The position numbers and the translations under genes are program-made. Positions 10,806-22,600 of a stretch of DNA of 33,058 bases are shown one piece after another (the stretch's first letter is position 1; each line of letters opens with the position of its first letter). The notes beneath the pieces are model-generated. The model was not told where the DNA came from, made no database searches, and was given only the letters and a program-made list of their open reading frames with translations. Origin of the DNA: Polymyxa betae A26-41 (lineage: Eukaryota; Protista; Endomyxa: Phytomyxea). The stretch is taken from assembly GCA_003693705.1 (NCBI GenBank), contig RBZT01001000.1, forward strand, positions 1 through 33,058, written 5' to 3'.

Positions 10806-13068
10806 TTAATTGTGTGATTGTTGAGATAGAATCTCTGCATTATATGCTAATAATTTCCTACATGTTCTGCATTTACTGTTTAGATTATATTCTCTCTTCA
10901 ACTCCAATAACCTTCTCGCTAGCGATTCCATCTTAGCCATTAAACTTTCATCTTTCTCAAAGGTTTCCTGTAGCTGTTTATCTTGTTCCAGACCGAAATC
11001 TGCTTGAATAGATATTAGACGTTGATTGATCTCAACACCATTATCAATGATCATTTTTCGAATTCGAATGGCTTGTTCTCTCTTTAATTGATCTTCTTGT
11101 TCTGATATTTTCATTTGTAATTCTCTATGCTGATCCTGTTTGAGTTGTTCGATAGCTTTACAGTTGTTCAGCCTGCATGATTCCAAACTCTCTTTGATTT
11201 CCGCCTTTGCGTTTTTCTCAAACGATTCTTTCAATTTCTGTATTTCTGTTGCAAGTTGCTCATGCATATCGCGTTCAATAGATTTCTTCTGCTGGTTCAG
11301 TTTATTTTCATGTTCGATACTTAATTCAGTTAACCTATGTGTTTACATTTAGATGAGTTCTCATTATAATTATTCCAAACCTTTCTTGTCTATTTGCTTC
11401 CAGCCTTTCTTTCAAATTGTTAATTCCACATTGACGACGACATTCTAGATCATGTTGTAATGTCTCAATCTCAGTTAACAATCTCTGTTCATGATCAATT
11501 TCAAGATGTTTGAGTTCATCGTGAAGTTCCCTCTGTAATTCCCTCTTTCTCTCACATATTCTGTTAGATCGCATCTCAGCTAGATGTCTCTTAGATTCTG
11601 TAAGGCGTCGTTCACTTTCCATTTTCAATAACATTATGTGCTTCTCAATTTCTTCCTCTTCATATTTCGTCAATCTTCGTTGTTCTGCTTCTACTGCTGC
11701 ATTGAATTCTTTCTCAATGCTGTCCTTTCGATCTTCGACTTTTTCCTGATTCACCATTTTTATGGCTTTAAGTAGATCACGTAAACGTTCTTGCATTTGC
11801 TTTTCAAGTGCATCAATCTGTACCTGACGTTTACGTTGAAATGATTCTCGAGCAAACTCTACAGCCTGATCGATTTCTTGGGACTTATTCTTGCGAATAA
11901 TATCCAATTCTTTCTCCATTTGTTGTTGAAATATCGCTAATCGCTCTTTACCTTCCTGTTCTAGTGAGACTTTGGTTTCTTCTTTCTGCAGGAGCTCTGC
12001 ACACAATTCTTCCTCTTTGCTCTCGTTCCTCTTGATTGAGGAATCATTCCTAAGGGCTTCTTGCAGAAGCTGTACTACTTGTTGCTCATCTTTGATGCTT
12101 TCTATTTGTCTATTCTCTTTATCATCTTTGTTCTTCTTCAATCGAGTAGACGTTTTGACCTTACTGGTGGTTTTTTTCCTACCTTTTCGAGGCGGTAACC
12201 TCTGAGATTTCAACATTTTTAACAATACACCTTGTCCGAATCCTATCAAGACAACGATGCCAGTCATGTTGCAGTCATAGATAACAATAATTTATTTAGA
12301 AGAAATCACTTTCTTTTTCTGGATCTTGTTTAAGATAATGTGAAGATCAGGAAGCATTCTTTTCAACGGTTCTAAGATGCGATGGTTAATAAATCGTAGA
12401 TCGTGCCAGCGGAACAGAGAGCGAAATAAATCGCCATCTTTGGACATATCCATTAACAGATATGTCAATATATGGATCATTTTGGAAGGGAATAATCGAG
12501 CTAATGATTTGATATTATTCAGACCGAATCCATCTAATCGATAAAGTAACAGGTAAATAATAATTGAATCTATATCTCTATCAGCTTGTCGTAAACCAGG
12601 TATTTCACTAGAATACATTCAATGGTATTTCAGTTATCTGATACCACCTTACTTGAGTAATAGATCGAGGAGACGAGATTCCTTCTCAATAGATTGGGTG
12701 ATATCAAGAACAAATGTGACCTGACTATTAGTGAGATGTGGATACTGAAAGAGAAGATTGTCTAAGAGCTGCTTGATTGGAGGTAATCGAGCTCGAAAGG
12801 CGAATTGAGATCCATAGAACGAACTGGTAGTCTTTAATAGATTAAATAACTGTTTTGCTGATATACTCGTATCGAGTAATAAATTGTTAGATACAATCCC
12901 ACCTTCATTATCCACAATGCTAGACTTTCTACTTCCTCTTCCCATAATATGCTTTATGTTGTCCTTATCGACCACGCTCTCACTTGAAATTCCTCCATCT
13001 GTAATGCTTTGCTTTCTACTTCCTGCATTTGCAGTGACTGCTCTCCTGCTTCCAATGCCAGGCTTCAT
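10806..13068 (-). CDS. Long coiled-coil protein with a CFAP99-like N-terminal helical domain (putative flagellar protein)
   Basis: Four ORF pieces join through short introns (12608-12652, an unresolved junction in 12179-12309, 11335-11380). The E/K/Q/R-rich C-terminal ~450 aa look coiled-coil. The segment LRQADRDIDSIIIYLLLYRLDGFG...KMIHILTYLL...WHDLRFINHRILEPL resembles the CFAP99 N-terminus as I recall it (unverified). Confidence 0.6.
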
Positions 13069-13322
13069 ACGTCTGAGATTATAACTTGTACGATCCGATC
13101 TCCAAAGAATCACTAGAAACTATCATATCGACACCTTCAGAGGAGGATATCAAAAATGGAAAACAAATTCGGAGAACAATACGTTTAATGAGAAATGATA
13201 CTGTTTAAATGAGTGTGCTAATAAGTGCAGATTATATACACTATACAGCAGCATACTTCTACAGCTGATAAACAAACTGTATAGAGCACATATATTACAA
13301 CAAGTAATACAAATGTTACTAG

Positions 13323-14505
13323 ATGAATGTCACTGATGTCGATAGAACTTTTATCAGAAATGCGCTCCTGTTTAGTCCTAGATCTGCTATTCTGCTATAT
13401 CTTTTACATACTCGGTGATCGATAATCAAAAATCATTATGTCGATTCATATATACAAACCAGCATGTCCAGCAACATCGCAGGCTCTCTGTACATGTCCA
13501 TCAATCAGCTCTCTTGTTCCTGGCACGGCTGCCAAATTCCAGGCAGATCTTCTCCATTGTGCGGTATCGCCGACGTCTTCCGATCAGTAATCACTATACA
13601 CTTTCTAGATGATAATTCTAATGGTGTTTTCCAAAGTGTACCTCCAGTTATTTATCTACCCAGCAATCCTAAACGTCCGGTCAATGAATTCGAATTTAGA
13701 GCTTATGTGAAGTGAGATTTCACCTGATAACAAACCTTGATTTCACATTTTTGCAGGACCCATAAACTAGAACCACCATTGAGAAGCAATCACTGTAAGC
13801 CTGCAATTTGGCGTTTCTAATTGCCATAAAGTGTCTATGTTAGGTGTTAAGACAGCATTGCCTGTTGATCTAAAGTCTTTCGAATCGCGATGGCAGCATC
13901 GGATCATGCAGGTAGATGGCACACTTAACATGAGTTTTCAATCTGAACGGTCTCTTCAATAGCGTCCGCCAGCACCTCGTTGGCCTGCAATCTGCACAGC
14001 TTGCAACAAAGGCTCAATCTCTAACGATGCCTTACTATGCTGTCATGATTGTGGCCTCTCAATTCATGCTTTGTGCAGAGGGCCGTTTGTTAATCCAAAA
14101 AAGTTCTCAAGCCAGTTCTATTTATGCGAATCTTGCACCTTCTGCAATTTCTGCTCGCGCAAGGACAATCAGCATCTGACTAAAATATGTGATACCTGTA
14201 CTGGAACATGGCATGTTTACTGCCTACAGCTTCCCCATTCAAGGATACATCCTTTATCTCAGGTCTCGTCTCGATATTTTAGATGTAAACGTAAGTATTT
14301 TTCGTCCTTAATAACTCTTGTTGATTGTTCTTTCTAAGGATGCACTGATGCTCCTTCCAATAAAGTAGCTGGCATCGAAGTCGTTCAGACTTCGACATTG
14401 CAATCAGTGGCTAATGGAAATAAGACCAACTTCAACAATGCAGATATGGAAGTGGACTCGGACGACACTTTAGATCAAGACGAAACGAGTAGTGACGAAG
14501 ATTAA
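13323..14505 (+). CDS. Tandem (double) PHD finger protein with acidic tail
   Basis: Introns at 13415-13462, 13712-13756, 13795-13843, 13912-13962 and 14291-14338 give one frame. CTAC...CHDCGLSIHALC...CESC is followed directly by CNFC...CDTCTGTWHVYC...CKRC, i.e. two C4HC3 fingers. The acidic tail ends with TAA at 14503-14505. Confidence 0.8.
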
Positions 14506-14559
14506 TTGATTGTTCTCTTAATGCGCTTTTTAATGTATTAAACACAGCGATTGGACAAT

Positions 14560-16213
14560 TCACTCTTTTGCCATTTCGCGAATCAATGTCGAAGTTAGGC
14601 TTTTCGGTCGTTCAATTGGCTAAGTAACCAGAGTCAGCAGAAGCGAAGAAATGAACGATGGCAATCGATTCTTACCAATCCCATAATACGGTCGGTGACT
14701 AAACTTGATAAAACACCCATGGATCGACTGACACCAAAGAGAACAGTGTAGAAAGAGTCTTCAGTGAGCCCATAATAGCTTAAAAGGACGCCGCTATGAG
14801 CATCCACGTTTGGATAAGGATTTGAGACTTTTCCGAGTTGTTTCAGAATGTCAGGAACAACCTGATTTCGAATTACTTAATTAATGAATCATCTGGAATG
14901 TTACTGACTGTGTATAGATCACGAACCAGTTTGAAAAGCGGATCATCTGGCATATGTTTAAGGGCAAATTCTCTTTGACATAAATAACGAGGATCTGTTT
15001 GGCGCAATACGGCATGACCATAACCAGGGACTACTTTTCCACTGTTTAAAGTATCCCATACGGCTTGTTTGAGCTCGTCGAGAGATACTTCCCCTGGATT
15101 CACGGTTAAAGCACGTTACGAACACAAATCGCGATACCTTCTCCAAGCCGACTTCGAAGTTGTTTGATCCAACGTAAAACTTCCTAGGTTGGACATTTAG
15201 AAAATAGCGGAGCAATACATTAGCTGTTGGTTACTTGATTCGCTAATCCATGAAGAGGTCCAGCTAAGCCGTTCATGCCAGCACTAAAGCTCAGATAGGG
15301 ATCGGAGAGAGCGGAACCAACTAGATGCGTTGCATGGGCACTGACGTTGCCACCTTCGTGATCGGAATGAATGTTCATGTATAACCTCATCAAATCCGCA
15401 AATGGCTCATCGTTCTTGAAGCCTAACATCTGGGCGAAATTAGCCGACCAATCCAACGACTTATCGCTGGAGGGTTCAGAACGATTTTTAAACGTATTCA
15501 AGTAGATTCTGGCCGCGACTTCTGGTAGCTTTGCGATCAAATCCAGAGAATCATCAAGATAATACTTCCAGTAATCCGTTTTAGGAATGCCCCTTTCATA
15601 AGCCTTGACAAACTTGCTATCGATCTGGAGTGCTAGGACCGCTGAAGAGAGTTGGGTCATAGGATGCATACTATCTGTTGGGAATCGGTTGATAGCATCA
15701 ACTACATGAGATGGTAAGCGTGATCTGTTGTGTAAATCTTGACACAAATCTTCTGCATGTTCCGGCGTTGGTAGCTCTCCAGTCATCAGTAACCACAACA
15801 ATCCTTCAGAGAGCGGCTGAGAACCGGGCTTTCGTTTTGGGAGGTTGTTCTGCAATTCAGGAATGGAAAACCCGCGAAACCGGATTCCTTCGTCAGCATC
15901 GAGAAGAGAGGTCTGTAATCAGTTGTAAAACCAAGAACAAAAATGATCAAGAGCGAACCTCAGTGAGAAGGGCGGGAATACCTCGCATACCACCGATAAT
16001 TTGATTGACTGTGACATTCCCTACAGTTTTATTTCCATACGTCTTCCGTAATGCCGCTATGCTTTCTCTTTGCTTAGGAGCGAGTTTTGCAAGATGAGAT
16101 GCCAACATCTAAGAAGCAATCAGTCCCAAGCTAAAATGAGAGTGGCATTATACGGATAGCTGCCTAGAAGGAGCTGGTATACGAATAGGGAAATGTCTGA
16201 ACAATGAGTGCAT
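14560..16213 (-). CDS. CS: Citrate synthase, mitochondrial type, 6 introns
   Basis: [55 protein letters not shown] and GLPIERPKS. The catalytic His/His/Asp residues are present. Exon 1 (16154-16213) encodes an Arg/Ser-rich, acid-free, presequence-like peptide. Confidence 0.96.
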
Positions 16214-16607
16214 GTTGACAATGAATTAGATATGATATGATATGATGGAAATGATACGAAAGAAGCTGATGTAGGTTATGATGTGATAGATGACGGTGTC
16301 ACTGTTACGGAGACGGAGCTCTCCCACTCATGAAATGTGTCATAATATCATAACCATGTCATCTAATAGCTGCGGTATCCCTATGTAAAGCTTGCATTTC
16401 TACCAATCTCATCCTAGTACAGTAACCCATCATAACATCAACTGAAATTGGTAAGTTTAAGGTAAATATAATCGTATTCATGCTGTTAAATCTACCTTTT
16501 TGGGTGGAGCAGGACTTCAGTGATGATTTTGAATTTAAGTGTATCACATCATACTGTCATAGAAGTACAGTTCTGTCAATCTGTAATTTCTCGGCTATCT
16601 CTGCCGA

Positions 16608-19600
16608 ATGACATCAGCTGATCCAAGAATTGACTGGATAGCTGCCATCATTTGCAAAGGGCTTGACATCGAGCGTAATGAGTTCGATAATAATGTCGCC
16701 AAACATCCAAGTAAGCTGTCTTTTATCCTGGTTCAGAAAACACCTAATAAATGAGCAGAACTGCAATTTTTCCTAAATGATGGTGGTGTTGGATCTTACA
16801 TAATTCTCCACACCGAATTTGATCATAAGCAACATGTTGAGGGCGAGGAGAGTCCCGGCCCAGCTACGATTGCTATAGAATCCACAGTCCATGATCTGGA
16901 TCGAATTAGAGCAATGTTCCTGATTAAGACAGTATCGGGATCTGTAAATCCTACTAAGATTTCATCTCAGGTCTATAGGAATGTATCACGACGCTATCCT
17001 AGCTTAGCTTTCATGTGCTTAGGTTTCATTCTCAGTAATGCCAGGTCATTCACTTCTCATGCTCACTCAAATCATGTCTAATGTCTATCTGCCTATGGTG
17101 GACCCATCCTCGCCTGATCAGGCATCAGGCAGCCCTCTCTCAGAATCCGTTCATGTTCGTGGTGAGCTCACATCGAATATGAACAAGTTTGTGTCACAAG
17201 TTCAGCATACCATTCAACAAATTGGAGGAGAGATACTTTTGCAAATTCCCAATGTCGGTTTTGCTATATCTTCTTTGTGTTTGATTTATAAACCCCTGTC
17301 ATATAGGTTGAACTCAAATCGATCTTATCATTGAAGCAAGAGATGGATGTAGATCTTCTTACACAGCTAGAAGCTACATTAGAAGATTGGAGCAGTATGA
17401 TAGCGTCTGTCCTAGAATCCCAATCCACCAAACAAGTGGAAACCTTCAAAGGGCCTTTAGCTGAGATTGAACATTGGCGCAATAGAGATGCGATTTTGAC
17501 AGCTTTAGTTGAGCAATTGAACTCTGAATTTGTCAGTGAAAAGTTTAAATTTCATATATTCGTCCTATTTAGCAGGAAACTTAGGTTGAAACAACAATTA
17601 ATGTGCTAGAAGAACTACAGCTTGATTCCATTCCGGTATTCAAGGAACGAATCACAGAGCTTGAGAAAATGTCAGAGGAAGCTAAAGATAACGTCAAGTT
17701 CTTATCTACACTTGAAAGACATTTTAAGAAGCTCCAAACAGGTCTCTGGGACCAGATTTTATGTATCTGGTGCTAATGAGCTTTGTTAGGCAATATCGCG
17801 ACACTTGCTGAACGTATACCAAACATGATGAACCAATTAAGGATGGTCTGGATCATCTCTCGACATTATAATAAGGATGAGCGTATGGTGCCTCTTATGT
17901 GCCTGATTGCTCAACAAATTGCAACAAACGCTGCCAATGAGATTAACGTAAAGACGATATTCCGGAAGAAACCAAAGTAAACGTCAGAGTGCTTTTTTTG
18001 TCATTTATCTGATTTGTTTGAAGAGTTGCGATGGCGACAATCGAAACTGCTCGAGAGGTTCTTTTAACCTGGTTTTCTTCGTATAAAGCCGCAAGGCTCA
18101 AAGTTTGTCAAAACTTTGTTCTGTGTAGCTCGTGATATAACGATTTTTGATATTCAGATTGAAAGTCACGGGATGGAAAGTCGATGGGAATTTGATCGTA
18201 AGAAGCTCTTTGATCAAACAAATTATATGGCAAGAATATGCGACAATCTGTATCAAATTGCAGAAACCCTTTCGCAATTCAATCAGTTCCTTGGAAGCGA
18301 TTTGAAACGGGTGACCAAGGATACTGTTGGGATCGACGAAGTGATTCAAAAAGTTGATCATCTGGTTACCCCTTTGGAAAATTTACCATTCAACATTTTC
18401 GATATGAGGTACAGTACGAGCTGGGAACAAGTTATGAAGAGTTTCAATGAAAAAGTCTTGGAGATTGAGATTCGGACTAAGAACTTTATCACCAACTCAT
18501 TCCAGAAACTACGCTCTGCAGAAAGTGCATTTCAGCTTTTATGGAACTTCAATGACATCAACACCAGAGAGGCATTTCGTAATGAAATGGCCGATAAGTT
18601 TAAGTTAGTACTTGAACAGTATCGTACAGAAGTAGAGCGAATTCAGAGTTTGTTCGAGCAACATAAGTGTGTATCTGGTTGATTTTATACTAAAAGAAAC
18701 GCTCACTATTTGCTTTAGGAGCAATCCACCATTACCGAAAAATCAGCCTCCCTGTGCTGGCGCCATACATTGGGCAATGTCATTATATATGACTAGCAAG
18801 AAAACCATTCTGAAACTGCAAAAGATGGATAATCTGCTTACTAGTGAAGTCGGTAAGCCGGTTGCAGAATATTACCTTCAAGTTGCTCAAGAAATTGATC
18901 ACTTTCGCGCCGAATTGTTAGAGCAATGGAATTCTACAGTTCATGATATTGTTAATAAGCGACTTAAGGAGCACATTCTTGCCATATCAACATCAGGGAT
19001 TATCTATGTCAATTTCTCTCATGATCTCATTGGCATAATTCGCGAATCTCGCTATCTTGATCGCCAAGGTATAGGAATCCCTCGGCTAGCGCTAGACGTC
19101 TCGCTGCAAGCATCTACTTTCCATCTCTCTGTCACTCAATTAAACGGAATGCTCCATGAATATTATTCTGCTATATCAGCTCTCAATGATGTTGAGAAAC
19201 TTCTATTACGTTCAAAAATCGTTAAGCTCAATAAGATTCTAGGTCAGTTTACAGGAACCGGTTTTTGTCTGGCTGAGTATTTTCCGCAGAAGCTGGATTT
19301 GATCCTCTTAACTGGAATTCTCTTGGTATAATGGATTTCATTCACTCATGTAATAGAGGATTGACAGAATTCAACTCGATCGTGAATCGTGTCACTAAAA
19401 ATCGAATCTCCATTGAAGTGATGCTGACTGAAACCGCCATAAATGGATTTCTCATTGATTTTTTTAGGATATAGTAGCCGATATCGAATCCGCTTCTCTC
19501 TTCAATGTTGAGAAGCTGAAGCAGACGTACAGAATTGAAGATTTCCGTGATGTAATAGAGAAGCAGAGGCGAGCGGTCATCGAGGGCTTGTCAAGGAAAT

Positions 19601-22600
19601 ATGGAAGTATTCATACAATGATGTTGAAGATCGAAGAATCTGTTAATAATTCCGATACGGGTAACAGGCAACGTAGTTTCCACGAGATCTCCTTCTAATG
19701 AGTATTCAGGTCGGTGTGAGAAGATGGCTGAATATTACAAGTATTGGGAGCAAATCTTGTTCAAAGCAATCTCTCGGTTGATAGTTCGGGGATTGATTAG
19801 CTTCCAACAACTACTTTGTGTAAATGATAAACGAAGTCAGAGGACTTCAACGGCAAATGCCGCTCGTTTACTCTTGGTGGTCGTGGCTGAGATGAATCCA
19901 CCTGACATTGTTTACAGACCAGCCCTTCCTGATATTTACAAATTTCTTTCTACCATACTAACCAACATAGTCTCCAGCGCCAAAGGTTTCTCAGTAATTA
20001 TCACTGGTTCTATTTGCTTTAACAATGATTTTAGGTTTTGTTCGCTGGATGAACAACTCCTGTATTGAATGCCCACCGGTTCCATTAACAGACGGAGAAG
20101 AGAAGCTCTACACATTCTATGATGATGTCTCACAGAATCCAGCTGTCATTAAAGTGATGTTGTCAGTTTCTCAAGCAATTCAGAAAGTGTTCAACAATGT
20201 CGATCTGTATATCGATACCTGGAGAAGATATGATTCAGAATTCAGCTTGTGGAATCATAAAAAGCTTAGCCACTTGGAACGCATGAAAAATCGGAAAATA
20301 TCAGTCGTACGTTGTCATGGGTTTGTACGGCTGCAACAATATTCAGGACATCATATTAGGTTCATTTTGATAATCGACTTCTACGTTATGCTCTGCTGTC
20401 CAATAGAGTGTCGACTGTTTCTCCTTACAAAGATATTGACTTCATCCGGGTCGATTGTCAGCCGATGATTATAGCAGTGAAACAGCAAGCCGATGTTTGG
20501 GTTCAAGCCTATGGTGACATTCTTCGTTCGATGTCATTGCAAATGCTACATTCTCTTACTGAAAAGATTGGCTCTCTCCGTGAAAGGCTTACAGCGCCTA
20601 CAGAGACACTCGATCAATTACAAACCATCCTTGGTACAATCGTGGAAATTCAGGACAGCAATATGGATATGCATCTGGAGTTTCATGATGTGGCTGAGAA
20701 ATTCAGAACTCTAGAGGTACGCTGAGAGCAAAAACAGGCGACAATCGAAAGTAACTATTGATGCAGGTGTATAATATAGAAGTGGACCAAAAGACTGTTG
20801 CATTAGTTAACAGCATATCCGATGAATGGAATCAGTTAGTGCTGCAATCGAAATGCATCGATAAGGCTCTCTTGCGAGTGAAACAGAAGTTCATGCAAGT
20901 TGCCGAAGAAGGCGTGCAGAATTTTGCAGCAAGTACCTGCGAAATAAAGAAGAAGATTTTCCAACAGGTATCTCTAATTCTTTAGAAACCTTGAATCTAA
21001 CTATCTGTTTAGGGACCATTATCAGTAGGAACAAATTTAGAGGATGGATTGGAATCGTTGAAGTTATTTTCTACTGAATTGGAGTCAATGTTTCGAACAA
21101 GTGCAGCTTTAATCAATGCACAACGTTTATTTGGATTACCTGTTACACCATATCCAGACTTACAAGCTGCTCATGATGCTCTGCGTCTCTGTCAACCTAT
21201 TTATGACATTTTCATTGATTTTCAAAAAACTGTCAAAGAATGGTCGCTCTTATTATGGGTCGACTTAGATCTCGACATGATTGACAAATCCAGCGAGAAG
21301 TGGACACAACAGCTGAGCAAATTTTCTGAAAAGCTGCAAGCGGTCCCGGTTTTCAGGTAGATTTCCATAGAGTGATTTTCTATACATCTCACAAATCTTT
21401 GCAGGAAACTTCAAGAACGCATTGTAGGATTCAGAGAAAGTATCCCATTGATGGCAAGCTTAAAGAACCCTGCTATTCGTCCAAGGTTAGAAATTTACCC
21501 ATTCTGCTTTGGTGTTTTTAACTTAGTTGGCTGTAGGCACTGGACCGAAATTATGAATAAGACAGGAATTAAGTTCGAGTTGAACCAAAAGACTTTCACT
21601 TTGGGAAATTTGTTCCAAATGCAGCTTCACACATTTAAAGATCAAGTCGATGAGATTACGACTGCTGCTGTTCAAGAAGCTCGTATTGAAAAGGTTATTA
21701 CATATTGTCGTAATCTTGAATAGATTCAAACCTGACTGGCTGTATTTAGGAGCTTGGAAAGATTTCGTCAAATTGGAGCTCAAAACAGTTTCCAATGGCC
21801 CCATATCGAAACGATGATAGCAATGAGGGATTACGTTTACTGCACGATACCAGTGAAGTGATTGCTGATCTTGAAGATAGCGTTCTAAACCTGCAAACTA
21901 TGTCGAATTCGAGGTGATTTATGGCCATGATTTATTGAATTGGCATTGATTGTGTGATCAGATACATTAGCTGTTTTGCTGATGAAGTACGGAAATGGGA
22001 GAGAGATCTTAATCATGTTATTGAGACAATTGATATCTGGGTTATTGTCCAAAGAAAGTGGATGTATTTGGAAGGCATATTTGTTGGAAGTGATGATATT
22101 CGAATGCAGCTACGAGATGCAGCCAAAGCTTTTGATAAAGTCGACAGCGATTTCAAGAAGATCATGTCATCAACAAGCAAGAATGCCAATGTTCTAGCAG
22201 CATGCAGTGTTGATAAGCGTATCGATGATCTTCGTAGGCTTTCAAGTGAGCTTGATATTTGCCAGAAAAACCTCTCCGATTATCTTGAGCGAAAGCGCAA
22301 TGCATTCCCGAGGTAAATGTTGCAATTCTCAGCTAGTGGAATGGAATGATTCTCATTTATTTTGTAGGTTCTTCTTTATTTCTGATGATGAACTGCTGTC
22401 AATATTGGGTACAACCGATCCAACATGTGTTCAGGTTCATATGCTGAAACTCTTCGATAACGTGAAACTTTTGAAATTTGCTCGTGGTGATACAGTCGTC
22501 AGCGGGATGCAATCGTCTGAAGGAGAATATTTTCTGTTTAAAAATCAGATTGCGACTAATGGTGCTGTTGAGCAATGGATGACTGGAGTGGAAGAAGAAA

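Noticed and set aside
16228-16260. Short (ATATG)n run, plus AGTCA x3 near 199-213 and a CA run near 348-357
   Set aside because: Ordinary short microsatellites with no further structure.
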